NCBI GenBank assembly: GCA_951406725.2
Contig: OX597818.1
Location: 107,694,001 to 107,758,000 of the forward strand
Direction: 5' to 3'
Origin: Octopus vulgaris
Lineage: Eukaryota
DNA: 64,000 nucleotides
Of the stretch, positions 26,904-38,808 are shown piece by piece (the stretch's first letter is position 1; each line of letters opens with the position of its first letter). Position numbers and translations under genes: made by a program. The notes under the pieces were generated by a model, which saw only the letters and a list, made by a program, of their open reading frames with translations, was not told the origin of the DNA and did no database searches.

Positions 26904-27235
26904 TGAAGGCACGTCTTACTGGTTAGGGTACTCGGCTCACACATATAAGGTTATGAGTTTGATTCCTGGCAGTGCACTTTGTCCTTGAGCAAGACATTTG
27001 ATTTCAAACTGCTTCAGTCAACTCAGCTGGCAAAAATAAGTTGTATCTGTAATTCACAGAATGGAACAAGGCCAGCCTTGTTCCACTCTGTGACATGCAG
27101 AATCTCCCTGAGAACTTCATTAAAGGTATGTGTGTCTGTGGAATACTCATCCACTTGTATGTTAATTTTATGAGCAGGTTGTTCCATTGATCGAATCAGC
27201 TGGGATATCATTGATATAATCACTACAGAACCAGT
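26904..27235 (+). mobile_element. SINE family C
   Basis: Head plus GTCCTTGAGCAAGACA core and family body. Confidence 0.85.
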
Positions 27236-27267
27236 TTTGTTAATTAAACAAGGAACCTAGTCTTACC

Positions 27268-27357
27268 TGCTCATGATTAGCAACAACAACAATAATAATA
27301 ATGAGCCCCAAACTATAAAATATCAGGCTGGTCCTTTGTAGAATTGGGTCTACCATA
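27268..27357 (-). CDS. Candidate first coding exon with a signal-peptide-like product (MVDPILQRTSLIFYSLGLIIIIVVVANHEQ)
   Basis: ATG preceded by an in-frame stop, hydrophobic stretch, strong donor CAG|GTAAGA. No partner exon found, and the hydrophobic core is partly a triplet repeat. Confidence 0.25.
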
Positions 27358-28047
27358 TGGTTGGCGAGGGTTTTTGAACCTTGGCTGGTAGTTCGTTAGA
27401 GACAGCGTCATGATGAAAACAATAATAGCTGTCTGCTCTTATTACCATTGACGTTAAAAGGAAGAACAGTTTTAATACAGAAAGATAAAAAGAGAAAGTA
27501 AGTAATTATCAACTAATTACAAGATAATTATTGCTTTGAAAATTGCTGACTGATCTCATAGCAGATGATCTGTATGGCTTTCTGAAGAAGAAGAAGCCAA
27601 AGAGTAAAAGAGATGCAGAAAAATTTCAAGGGGAACTAGTGATCCATTATATAGGGCTAGCACAATCCTTATTGAGGGATACATACGAAAGAAGGACTCA
27701 GCCATTGGTTGCATAAAGAATGAAGAAGAAACTTAAGGTAATGTAGTACACTAGTGGGTTTTAGAATGCCTGAGGAGGACTCCTGTAGTCCATGAGAAAA
27801 GGAAGATTGTTTTAGAATAAGCAATGAGATTGTTGGTAGAAGAATACAATGCAGAACTTAATAAACAGGAAATATGAAAGTAAGGAGATAGATACTCTCT
27901 CTCTCTCTCTCCCCATCTCTCTCCCTCTCCCTCCTTTACTTTTTGTGATGGTGTTGAATCTTTTGATAAGCAAACTAAGAATATACAGACTTACTTATAA
28001 GCATGCGAAGAACAAAGTGAAAATAAATCATTGGTTATATATCATCG

Positions 28048-28418
28048 TGGTACTCCATTGGTTACGACGACGAGGGTTCCAGTTGATCTGATCAATGGAA
28101 CAGCCTGCTCGGGAAATTAACGTGCATGTGGCTGAGCACTCCACAGACATGTGTACCCTGTACGTAACTCTTGGGGAGATTCTGCGTGACACAGAGTGTA
28201 ACAAGGCTGGTCCTTTGAAATACAGGTACAACAGAAACAGGAAGAAAGAGTGAGAGAAAGTTGTGATGAAAGAGTACAGCAGGGTTCACCACCACACCCC
28301 CTGCAGGACCCTCGTGGAGCTTTGGGTGTTTTTGCTCAATAAACACTCACAGCGCCTGGTGTGGGAATCAAAACCACAATCCTGTGACTGTGAGCTACTG
28401 CCCTAACCACTGTGCCTC
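28048..28418 (-). mobile_element. SINE family C variant with a longer 5' body
   Basis: tRNA head, GTGAGTGTTTATTGAGCAAAAACACC segment, family C 3' half. Confidence 0.85.
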
Positions 28419-28729
28419 TACATTAGTAGATGAACTCAAACTATATACCAAAAATTCCCTGATCAAAAATATTGGTTTCAAATTTTGGCACAATGCCAGC
28501 AATTTTGATGTAGGAGTAAGTCGATTATTAGAACACAGAAAAAGATTAGGATTAAAAGATTAAAGTACCCAGGGTTGTTGCAGAACTGCAGAATGATAAG
28601 ACAATGGAAAAGTAAATGAGAATGAAAGTCTCCAAAATGAGAAGGTAATGGGTTAAGAAGGTGTCTAACGAAAAATTAACCATAGATAATGTCACAGGTG
28701 AGTTGCTTCACTTTTTTCTTAAATGGACA

Positions 28730-28998
28730 AACACAGAGCTACAAGATCACAAAGTACCAAAAGCACAAGTTTAGCAGGGCTGGACATGTAACAAAGCGTA
28801 CAGACTACAAGTGGACTCGCACAGTTGCCAAGAGATCAGAAAAGGCCACAAGAAAGACCTCCATGATGATGGGAACATAATTTAGTTGAGCAATTTGGGT
28901 CAAGATGCAAAAGAATGGCACATGCAAGACAGAACTGGAAATGCATTGTGACCAGCGATGTATAACAGCATCTGATGATCTGGTCGATACTGTGATTT
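28730..28998 (+). mobile_element. RTE-clade LINE 3' fragment (second family)
   Basis: RAGHVTKRTDYKWTRTV resembles WAGHVAR..DNRWT..V; hairpin tail GACCAG...CTGGTC. Confidence 0.6.
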
Positions 28999-29379
28999 TA
29001 CAAATTATGTTTGATAGCAGTCTAATGCACTAATTAGTAGGTGTTTTTTTTTATATTTTGAGATATTTGGTGTTGAAAACGTCTTCAGAGGAATCTCTTT
29101 TCATTTTAGCAATAATTTTACCAGTTAACCCGACCATCACCTACATTGATACTTTATTCATCAACTCTCAAAGAATAAAGGGCAAATTTGATTCATTTTA
29201 TTGCATAATCATGGAGATACTATCTGAAAAAATTACAAGGTAGATATGATTGCAACGGCTATTAAGTCCGCCCACTTAGCACTGACCAGTGGCTACAGAA
29301 CAACTGAGTTTGACTTCATCTGATAATAACAGTGCAACTGGTCAAGGTAGCTATTTTCCTTGATTCAGTCAGCATTACA

Positions 29380-30250
29380 TAACCAACAGAATTACAAACC
29401 AATATACTTCACGTTTCCATAGTAATTTTCTGAATTAACAGATCATTTGTTTAAAACCAATGAGTAATTTTCTAAAGTAAAAGATATATTTTTAAAGCTA
29501 ACATAGCAGTTTTTAAAAACTAGTCAGTATTTAAATTAACAAATCTTTTTTTGAAATAACATATCGTTTTTTTTTTTTGTTAACTAACATGTTTCTTAAA
29601 CTAATGGGTCAAATTTTAAATCAACAGATTGTTTTAAATCTAGCACATAATTTTCTTAATTTAGAAAAAATCTATTCATTAATAAAAAGCAATCTATTAA
29701 TGTACTTCCTTTGCTAATGCATTTTTTCAGTCGATGATTTTGCAAGCTGACACACCATTTTAACTTACATAACTAACCATTTTTAAAAAAAATTAACCAG
29801 TAATCTTTTTAATAGATCATTTTTTAAAACTAACATAATTTTTTCAAACTGACATATTTCTTCATCTACTGGATCAATATTTTAATTAACAAATCATTTT
29901 GCAAATTAGCATATCATTTTGTAAAGTAACCTATTTCTTAAATCAACAGAACAATCTTTAAGCCAACAGATTATTTTTATGCTAAAAATATTTTCTTAAC
30001 TAAAAGATAATTTTTTAAGCATGGTTCTTGAAGCAGCAGAGGACGTTTTAATGTTAAGAAATAATTCTTAAAGAAACTTATTTTTAAAATTAATAATTAG
30101 ATTTTAAATTAATATATCAAAAATTTTAAATTAAAATATATTTTCTTGAACCAACAGATTTTTTTTTTACAGTAGCAGAACATTTTTTTCAAACTATGAG
30201 ATCATTTTTCAAAATAGCAGAACTAATTTTAAACAGTATGATCATTTTGT
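29380..30250. repeat. Degenerate ~21-bp AT-rich minisatellite (consensus near AACTAACAGATCATTTTTTAA)
   Basis: Recurrent TAACAGATCATTT/TAACATAT..TTTT/CAACAGATT..TTT units over about 870 bp. Confidence 0.7.
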
Positions 30251-30629
30251 CAGGAATATCAGAGACAGACAATAGAAAATTACATTTTCCCCATCCTGCA
30301 TGGAAAAATAAAGTATAGTGATTGAAACGTAGATATAACATTGTTGAAAAAAATGTTTAGTGAACAATTTAGTGAAAGGACCAATTACATAGAAACTGAT
30401 GCTTAGTTAAATTAGCAAGATGAGAAAATTGTTCGTGATGTACTCTGGGTGTTTTCTTGTTTTTATGTTGTTTTTCTCTTTTTTTCCTTTTTTAAATAAA
30501 AACTGACATTTAAATTAGCTAATTCTCTGTGAAGCTGTCATGTAACTCATTAGTTATTATTAACAATGCAAAAGTCTTATTTGGTGATCACAATTGACAG
30601 CAAATGAACATTTCTGCCATTTTAGTTAA

Positions 30630-30729
30630 ATACCATCACAACCATCACAACCGTATTCACCATCCCAATTTCTTTCATCATAGCTATCATCATCATCATT
30701 ATTATCCCTATACTTATCATCATTACACT

Positions 30730-30762
<33 letters not shown>

Positions 30763-31080
30763 AATCTTAATAATTAGCATCATCATCATCATCATCAAAA
30801 ACCTTCATTATCATCTTTATTGTTATCCTCTTTCTATTCTTCCTCTTCGTCAGCATCAGAGTTAACACCTTGCATTCTCTGCATTGTCATCGTAATTATC
30901 ATCATAAATCATCCTCGCTATCATCATCATCATCATCATCATCATTACCATCGTTATCATCATCATCATCATCATCATCAACATCGTTGTTGTCATCGTA
31001 TTTGTCATTGTCGTCATCCTCCCCCTCCCCCTCATCATCATCTTCTTTGTCCTCTCTATCATCATCAGCAGCAGCAGCAT
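30630..31080. repeat. Degenerate (CAT)n microsatellite
   Basis: Seen directly. Confidence 0.9.
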
Positions 31081-31316
31081 TCTTATTTCCATCGACATCT
31101 GTAGTGGAATCAGCTTCCCAGCAGTATTTATACACTGATGTATTAGATTAATAGTTAAAGTTGATGGAACCATTAGTGAACGGCGGATGGGGGGTTGATA
31201 AAGATCCACTGTGGTCTGCTATAGACACACCTTCTTCGTCCAAGTTGACTTTGTGGTCAGACAAATGAAAGAAATCTCTTTCATTGAAATAACAAGTCAT
31301 TGCAGACAGTGGAACA

Positions 31317-31748
31317 AATTTAGGTACTTTCTGGTTATCTCACCCCCATTAAAGAATTGCCATTAAAAAACTGGGTTATCTCCCCACTAAAAAATTGAGT
31401 TTATGTGGCGACAAGAGATTGGATTAAAAGAGTTAGAGATCCTTTTGATTCAATAATTCAACACATTGTTGGCGTTTGGCCACCTAAATAAGCATGGTAT
31501 GATTTGTTATAAAAATGTTATTACATTCAACAAGATATTCAATTTTTTCCATTTTCACGTTTATTAATTTTTTCAGTTTTGTATGATTTGTTATAAAAAT
31601 ATTATCAACTTCAATAAGATGTTTAATCTTTTTGCTTTCCATGTTTATTTACTTTTTGTTTGTTTTATTGAGGGTTAAACATTTTTTTTGTTGGTGAAGA
31701 TAACCCAGTTTTTTAATGGGGGTGAGATAACAAAAAAATACCCAAATA
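31317..31748. mobile_element. MITE-like element with ~70-80-bp terminal inverted repeats and an internal tandem duplication
   Basis: GTTATCTCACCCCCATTAAA..AAACTGGGTTATCT on the left and its reverse complement at 31698-31732; internal repeats 31498-31565 / 31582-31649. Confidence 0.7.
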
Positions 31749-31854
31749 TATATATATATATTTTTTACTTCCAAATTGAGAAAAATATGATATTCATAAA
31801 AAGTCAGAAGTGTATTAATATCATTAGTTGATGGAACCATTTGTGTATAACAAA

Positions 31855-32030
31855 AAAAATGCTTAACTTTCTTCCTCTTTAAGTCCTGGGTTCAAATTTT
31901 ACCAAGGTTGACTTTGCTGTTCATTCTTTTGGGATTGATAAAATAAGCACCGCGTGAACAATGGGGTCAATGTAATCATCTTACCCCCTCCATTAAACTG
32001 TTGGTCTCGTTCCAAAATTTGAAATCATTA
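31855..32030 (+). mobile_element. Degenerate SINE family A
   Basis: GGTTCAAATTT..AAGGTTGACTTTGC..GATAAAATAAG. Confidence 0.7.
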
Positions 32031-32055
32031 TTATTATCATTATTATTATTATTAT

Positions 32056-32245
32056 CCAACTTGACTTGGGTTTGGTCTAATTCCTGGTAAAATTTACAGA
32101 CATTCTCCTCATAGTCCACATTCTTGCAATTTCATCTTTTAGTATTCTGTACTTTTCAATCTTTTCTAGTTCTTTGTCACTTATACATTCATCTCCAGGT
32201 TTTGCAATATCTATGATCTTGGTTTACCACAACAATATCTGATAA
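32056..32245 (-). mobile_element. R4/Dong-like LINE endonuclease fragment
   Basis: DIVVVN..IIDIAKPGDECISDKELEKIEKYRILKDEIARMW; adjacent (ATT)n. Confidence 0.8.
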
Positions 32246-32539
32246 TATTTGATCAAAAAAATATTATGGGAGCTTTTAGATATTGAATGGCTATGATGAT
32301 TCCACCACTATGAGTAAAATGGGAATCAAAGCCTCCTGGCTTCTCAGACCCCAGTCGAACCGTCCAACCAATGCTAGCATGGAAAACGGACATTAAACGA
32401 TGATGATGAGGAGGATTATCTTAGGAATTTTGAGACCCCAGTGCCAGAAATGGCACCTAATATAACTTCAAAATGGGAATATCATTTATAATGTCAATAG
32501 TTATCATTTTCTATATATCTGGAGAGTTTCAGGAATGCT

Positions 32540-32792
32540 CGGCCTCATGACTGGCATGAACTGGTTAGATTTGGGGATTGATCCAGTACCAGACAAGGAT
32601 TCTCTATTATTTTACCTGTTTTTTTTTTACTTAATTTTTGAGAGCAGTTGGGTTCATATTTAGCATTCTCGTTTGTGAGAGCAGTTGAGTTTATTTCAGA
32701 TATTCTCATTTTAAAAATCATCTCCACCTAATCGTTGAGAGGACGTTGGTGTTGCCTTGGTGGAGGTTTACACTCACTGAGTGCTCTTGTTT
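32540..32792 (+). mobile_element. Possible Helentron-associated non-autonomous element (HINE-like) 3' part
   Basis: Ends CCTTGGTGGAGGTTTA-CACTCACTGAGTG-CTCTTGTTTT, i.e. subterminal repeat, hairpin and T-rich end; recalled similarity only. Confidence 0.45.
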
Positions 32793-33928
32793 TTATCCTT
32801 ATTGATGTTTTCCATTTTATTCCTAGTCTAATTTTCAATTCCAACAAAGGAAGTCAACTCAGATTCTGAGAGATGGATATAAAACCTAAATAATACCTTT
32901 ATAAACTGGTGTAATTAAACAGATTGGAAAAAAACTTAATTTTCAAATAATATTGCATTCCCATCAGAAGCCTCCTCATCTTGACCAATCTCAGAAAAAA
33001 AAGCATGCAGCCAATCCGTTTATATACTCAATAATTACAGTAGTTACAGAAAACTGGAGCTGCTAATTTGCATACAGTTAGTGTTAACACTTTTTATTAA
33101 ATATTTGAGGCTTGTCAATGGGGGTTTCAGTGTACACAGTTTCCATGTATGATATTAAATGTGTGGCCTCTGTAAAGAGGGCTGATTAAGCTGTTTCCCT
33201 GAAGACTGGAAAAAAGAGGAATAACCTGGACTCAGTAATTCAATGATACTCACAGCTTTTGAATTTCCAGCTTCCTTATCCTTGAATATTATTACGACAA
33301 GAGGTGAAAGCAACATCTGATGACAAAGTGAGCAACACAAATTTCATCACTCAAATCTCTGTGATTTATTTATTAAGTACCTGTAATACATTGGTGACTA
33401 CAATCTCCATCACTCGTCCATGATAATTGGCTTCATGTTCAATCAAAAGAAATCAATATATTGGAATAGATTTTTGATTCATTTTTACCAAAGTACTTTA
33501 TTGTCTGCTTTAATTCTGGTGCTTTTTTTTTGTTTTGCTTTGTATCATTATGTTTCTAAACTTTTGAATCTATTTTTATTGTATTTCCTATTATTATTAT
33601 ATATTACAGTATTCAATAGAACCATTTATCATTTTGGTGATAAACGATAAATTTAATGATATATTTTGTTTCTTTTGTAACAGACATTTATCTGGCTTCT
33701 CTAAAATATTGTTATGTATCCATGTGTTAGGACAGACAACTTCCAAGTAAACTGAATCTCTCATCTTAGGAAATTTTGGTTAGTTTAATAATAACATGAG
33801 GTTAGTAGAATGCAAAATATCACAGAAGTGCAGGAATGAAATTTGCATTGGGGTTGCAAATCCAGGTCCAAAATTTTTTAGAAACAAGATTGAGTTTTTA
33901 CAATCTTTAATATCAAAACAAATGCAGG

Positions 33929-34003
<75 letters not shown>

Positions 34004-34794
34004 TAATATTATCATATTTGAACATCAATTAGATCAGACAAATCCAACAATGGGAAAGTAATGTTTCAAATCAGTCCAAAAATGTTTCTACTCTCATTCA
34101 TTTTGGCAATGAAGATTTTCAAGAAGATGGTCAAAGCACTTTCATTGCCCCACACCCAAAACTTTTGGGGGTGTACTTGCATACGATGCACCCCCTATTC
34201 CTGAGCCAATGAAATTTCATTTGTGCCACTTCTTTTAGAAAATCTCAGGCTTTGAACTTGTAAAAAAAGTAATGAAAAACCAGGCTTTCTTTTTTTTTTT
34301 CTTAGGAAATGGAGCAGAATGACTTGAATTGTCTCCAGTGTAATACTGAGACTATTTTTATTGATGCTGAGGTAAAAAAGATGAGGAATGTAATGGATTG
34401 TAGAGATCATCATCATCATCGTCATCCTCCTCCTCCTCATCATCATCATCATCGTCATCAATATCTCCATCATCATCATCTTCATCATCCTTTTTCCCTT
34501 CCTTCTCCTCCACCTCCTCCCCGTCATTATCATAATCATCACCACCCCTTCCACTTTTGTATTAGTCTTTTTCCCATGCTGATCTAAAGTGAATGTCTTT
34601 GACAACTAGTTTCTCATTCTTTGCTTGATCCTTTACCATTCCAACAGTGAGAGACCCTTTACATTAAGATCTGACATCAATTACTTCAATGGCCATATTT
34701 ACTTCAATCCTTCTCCATTGCAAATGTTTTCTATTGTCAAAGAATCTTGCTTTTATCATTCAGTTCACCCCACCAGCCCTGCCCCAGTCGTTCC

Positions 34795-35490
34795 CATCTG
34801 GTATTAAGGCCCTCAATGATATTTCCCAACCACATGTGTCCAGGTTCAGTCCCATTGTGTGGCATGTCCAGCAAGTGTCTTCTACTATGGTCTCTAGTTG
34901 ATCAAAGCCTTGCGAATGGAAAGTGAAAGAAGCCTGTTGTGCATGTGTGCGTGTTTGTGTGTGTATGGGTGTGTGCACATGTGTGTATGGGTGTGTGCAC
35001 ATGTGTGTATGTGTATGAGTGTGTGTGTGTCTGTATGTGTGAGTGTGCACATGTGTACTTGTGTGTGTGAGTGTGTACTTGTGTGTGTGAGTATGTGAGA
35101 GTGTGTATGTGTGCATGTGCATATGTGTGTATGAGTGTATGCATGTGTGTGTGTATGAGTGTGTGTCTGTATGTGTGTGTGTGTGCACGTGTGTGCTTGT
35201 GTGTGTGAGTGTGTGTGTGTGTGTGTGTGCACGTGTGTGTGTGCACGTGTGTGTGTGTGTGTTTGCAATTGCATCTGTGTTTATTCTCCACTACCACCTG
35301 ACAGCTGGTGTAGATGTGTTTTCATCCCTGTAACTTAACAGTTCACGAAAAAGAGACCAATGAAATAAGTCCCAGGCTTAAAAAGAAAAATAAGCATTGG
35401 TGTTGACTCATTCAGCTAAAAATTCCTCAAAACTGTGCTCCAGCATGACCACAGTCCAATGACTGAAACAAGTAAAAGACAAAAGATAAA
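34795..35490 (+). mobile_element. SINE family B with an expanded internal (GT)n tract
   Basis: GGTTCAGTCCCA..CAAGTGTCTTCTACTAT, about 330 bp of GT-rich repeat, then the GCTCCAGCATGACCACAGTCCAATGACTGAAAC tail. Confidence 0.8.
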
Positions 35491-35799
35491 CAGCTGATGT
35501 CTTCATTATGATTGCTTGTCCACCTTTAGCAATTGATCTGTTGATCTGTTCACTTCCTCTGAGGCTTCTCTTTACCCAATGTCTATCACTGTCACTATGT
35601 TCCCTATGAATAAAGAAAAATACTTAACTCCGACCCTTTTGGCTTGTTGTCCACTTCTGGTCTGTCTTTCATACAAGTTAACCTGCCACGTCCAATGAAT
35701 CAGGCCTGACTCATTTCTTTTCAGCCACAACTTCTTTAAACTTGATGCTTATGTTTCATTGCCATGCAACATCACAAATCTTACACATATTTCATAAGG

Positions 35800-36480
35800 T
35801 CTGTTAAAATTCTGCGAGGCATTTCTATTGGCACATTGTCATTTCTTCAGCTGAACATTCTTTTTTTTTTATATGAAACGATTATTGATCACAAATCAAT
35901 TGTTTTTCTTTTAGCAGGATATTTTTCTTCATTGGTTGATTGAGATAGTTTGACGTCTGTCATTGTCCATATTTCCCTCATATTCCCACTGGTGATGATT
36001 CACTTTTTAATCTATCAGACTGCAAACTTTGGAGATATTTCTTGCCGACCAAAAATATCCTTCCATTACAATAACGCACACAAAAAAACAGAATTCGTTT
36101 TAACTAATGTTATTTCTGAAATATATGACTAACCGGTGGCATTAGTATATCAATAAATAGTTTCAATGTTATGATAATGTTAATAATGATCTTTCCCATC
36201 GATTTCAATGTATGAGTGTTTGAAAGAAATGATTTTTTAATAAAAACAAACAAAAACAGGGGGATTAGAAATAAAAGAAGCTGCATCAATTTGTGATTGA
36301 TGCATGAAGGCAATGGAAGTCCAGGTATGGATTTTGCTATGAAGACATAATGGAAACAATGATGATGTTTGATTTTTACCTGAGATTGAACAAAAAGTGT
36401 CTGCTGATGGCTGGGTGGAATTTATTTATTGTTCTGTTTCTTCTTCTCAAATTGTTTAGATGCATCATGACACATTTTAC
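35800..36480 (-). mobile_element. Possible decayed Helitron PIF1-like helicase fragment
   Basis: RYCNGRIFLV...IITSGN..E....VKL...KYP..K.KQL loosely follows GLCNGTRL.V...IITG...GE.V.IPRI.L...PF...RRQFP; heavily mutated. Confidence 0.3.
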
Positions 36481-36606
36481 ACTTCCTAGATCGATCGAGG
36501 CAATAACTTAATCTAAATGTTAAATTAAGCTGTAAGGATTTTAGTGCTTGTTTCTACTTACATTATTTACATTTGACAAATATTTTCCCTCATCTTGTTT
36601 GTTGTT

Positions 36607-36652
36607 AACACAACGTTTCAGCTGATATACCCTCCAGCCTTCATCAGGTGTC
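36607..36652 (-). ncRNA. Minimal type I hammerhead ribozyme
   Basis: gacac-CTGATGA-a-ggctg-gagggtatat-cagct-GAAA-cg-TT-gtgtt. Stem I gacac/gtgtt, stem II ggctg/cagct, palindromic AACGTT stem III, predicted GUU cleavage site. Confidence 0.75.
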
Positions 36653-36730
36653 TTGGGGAAATTTCGAACCTGGATTCTCATTCCTAAGGTATTTTTCGAT
36701 GTTGTTGTTGTTATTATTATCATTATTATT

Positions 36731-37086
36731 CACAATGCCCGGTCTGGGAATCGAAACCGCGATCCTATGACCGTGAGTCCGCTGCCCTAACCACTGGGCC
36801 ATTGCGTTGTGAGTGTTTATTGAACGAAAACACCTAAAAGCTCCACACGGATCCGGCAGGGGATGGTGGTGATCCCTGCTGTACTCTTTCACCACAACTT
36901 TCTCTCACTCTTACTTCATGTTTCTGTTGTACCTGTATTTCAAGGGGCGACCTTGTCACTCTCTGCGTCACGCTGAATATCCTTAAGGGTGCACGTGTCT
37001 GTGGAGTGCTTACGTTAATTTCACGAGCAGGCTGTTCCGTTGATCGGATCAACCGGAACCCTCATCGTCGTAACTGACGGAGTGCT
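36731..37086 (+). mobile_element. SINE family C variant with an inverted 5' tRNA head
   Basis: 36731-36806 is the reverse complement of the head; the body follows on +. Compare the collinear copy at 28048-28418. Confidence 0.85.
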
Positions 37087-37089
37087 TCA

Positions 37090-37155
<66 letters not shown>

Positions 37156-37904
37156 TCACTGCTTGGAATCGAACTCGGAATGTTGGGGTTAGTAGCCCTC
37201 GCTCTTAACCACTACGCCATATGCATAACAACAGACAAGATGAGGACAAATATCCATCAAATGTAAATAATGTAAATAATATACATAATTCCTCATCTCT
37301 TAAATATAGAACAATGTTTCAACTGATGCATATCTGTTCCTTTAATGGATACTTGTGACAGTGTTAATAATAGTTAATTACTAATAATAGCATTTTCTCC
37401 ATTAAGTTAGAGGGAAAACATTTAGATGAGAGTAGCGTCAGTGACAAAGGTTGCAGATATGCAACAAAAGACCGAATGCTTAATGAAATATATTCCTGTC
37501 ATATTACGGTGCAACAATCCTGTAAGAAAACACAGCTGTGCATTTGTTCCTTTAATGGATACAAAAACTGTTGCCATGATGCTATTGTTTTAGGCCGAAT
37601 GCACCATCCCAGATTCCATCATTTGCCAAACAATTATCACTTAGAAACAAGTAGAACTAGAAAACAAAAAACAAAAAAACCATTAATCTACACAACAGAC
37701 TTGTTAATTGAGATGCTTATTCTTTTGTGATTTTTATGAATAGTCAATACTAGAACCTGTTGCACTCAACGTCCTGCAGATGGTTTAAGAATTAATTAAG
37801 TAAATCTCACATGTCTGAAAGGGTTAGCAAAGAGACTGGGCTTTGATTAACCTCTTTTGACTGAATTAATTGAAAATGCAAGTGAAATAGCTATAAACAA
37901 AATG

Positions 37905-38215
37905 GCCCGGTTCTCTGTCAGCGGTGACAACGAGTGTTCCAGTTGATTCGATCAACCTGCTCGTGAAATTAACTTGCAAGTGGCTGAGTGTTCCACATAC
38001 ATGTGTAACCCTTAACTCAGAGAGATTCAGTGTGATGCAAATGGTGACAAGGCTGGCTCTTTCAAATACAGGTACAACTCACTTTTGCCACCTGAGTGCA
38101 CTGGAGCAACAGGAAATAAAGTGTCTTGTTCAACGACAGAACTTACTGCCAGCTATTGAACTCATGACCTTACAGTTGTGAGCTGAATCCCCTAACCTCT
38201 AAACCACATCCTTCA
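37905..38215 (-). mobile_element. SINE family C
   Basis: Reverse complement of the family C body and head. Confidence 0.8.
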
Positions 38216-38344
38216 CACATTTCACTATAATAATAATACCAGTACACTTTATAGACATGCATCCCATGGCATCATAACCTTCAACCTTCCATTTGGTCAC
38301 TACACATTGTTTCTATCATCCAAAATACTCTTTGAATTATTTAA

Positions 38345-38561
38345 TCTTTTATCTTTTACCTGTTTCAGTCATTAGACTGTGGCCGTGCTGGAGCACCACC
38401 TTTAGTCAAACAAATCGACTCCAGGATTTATTCTTTGTAAGCCTAGTGCTGATTCTACCAGTCTCTTTTGTCGAACCACTAAGTTACAGGGATGTAAACA
38501 TGTCAATATATATATATACATGTATGTATATATATTTATATGTATATATATATATGTGTAT

Positions 38562-38635
<74 letters not shown>

Positions 38636-38808
38636 ATATGTACACGATGGGCTTCTTTCAGTTTTTGTCTACCAAATCCACTCACAAGGCTTTGGTCGGC
38701 CCAAGGCTAGAGTAAAAGACACTTGCCCAAGGTGCCACACAGTGGGACTGAACCTTGAACCATTTGGTTGGGAAGCAAGCTTCTTACCACACAGCCACGA
38801 CTGTGCCT
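38345..38808 (-). mobile_element. SINE family B
   Basis: Tail, TA tract, core and head in reverse orientation. Confidence 0.85.

Larger units (their letters stand above)
36558..37312 (-). mobile_element. tRNA-headed, hammerhead-containing SINE-like element, interrupted by a family C SINE, with an inverted tail copy at 37226-37312
   Basis: Head 37224-37150 (A box TGGCGTAGTGG, B box GAGTTCGATTCC), (AAT)n spacer, body with hammerhead, tail; second copy at 61054-61357. Confidence 0.85.

Noticed and set aside
37150-37224. tRNA gene
   Set aside because: A/B boxes are present but there is no complete acceptor stem; it is a SINE head.
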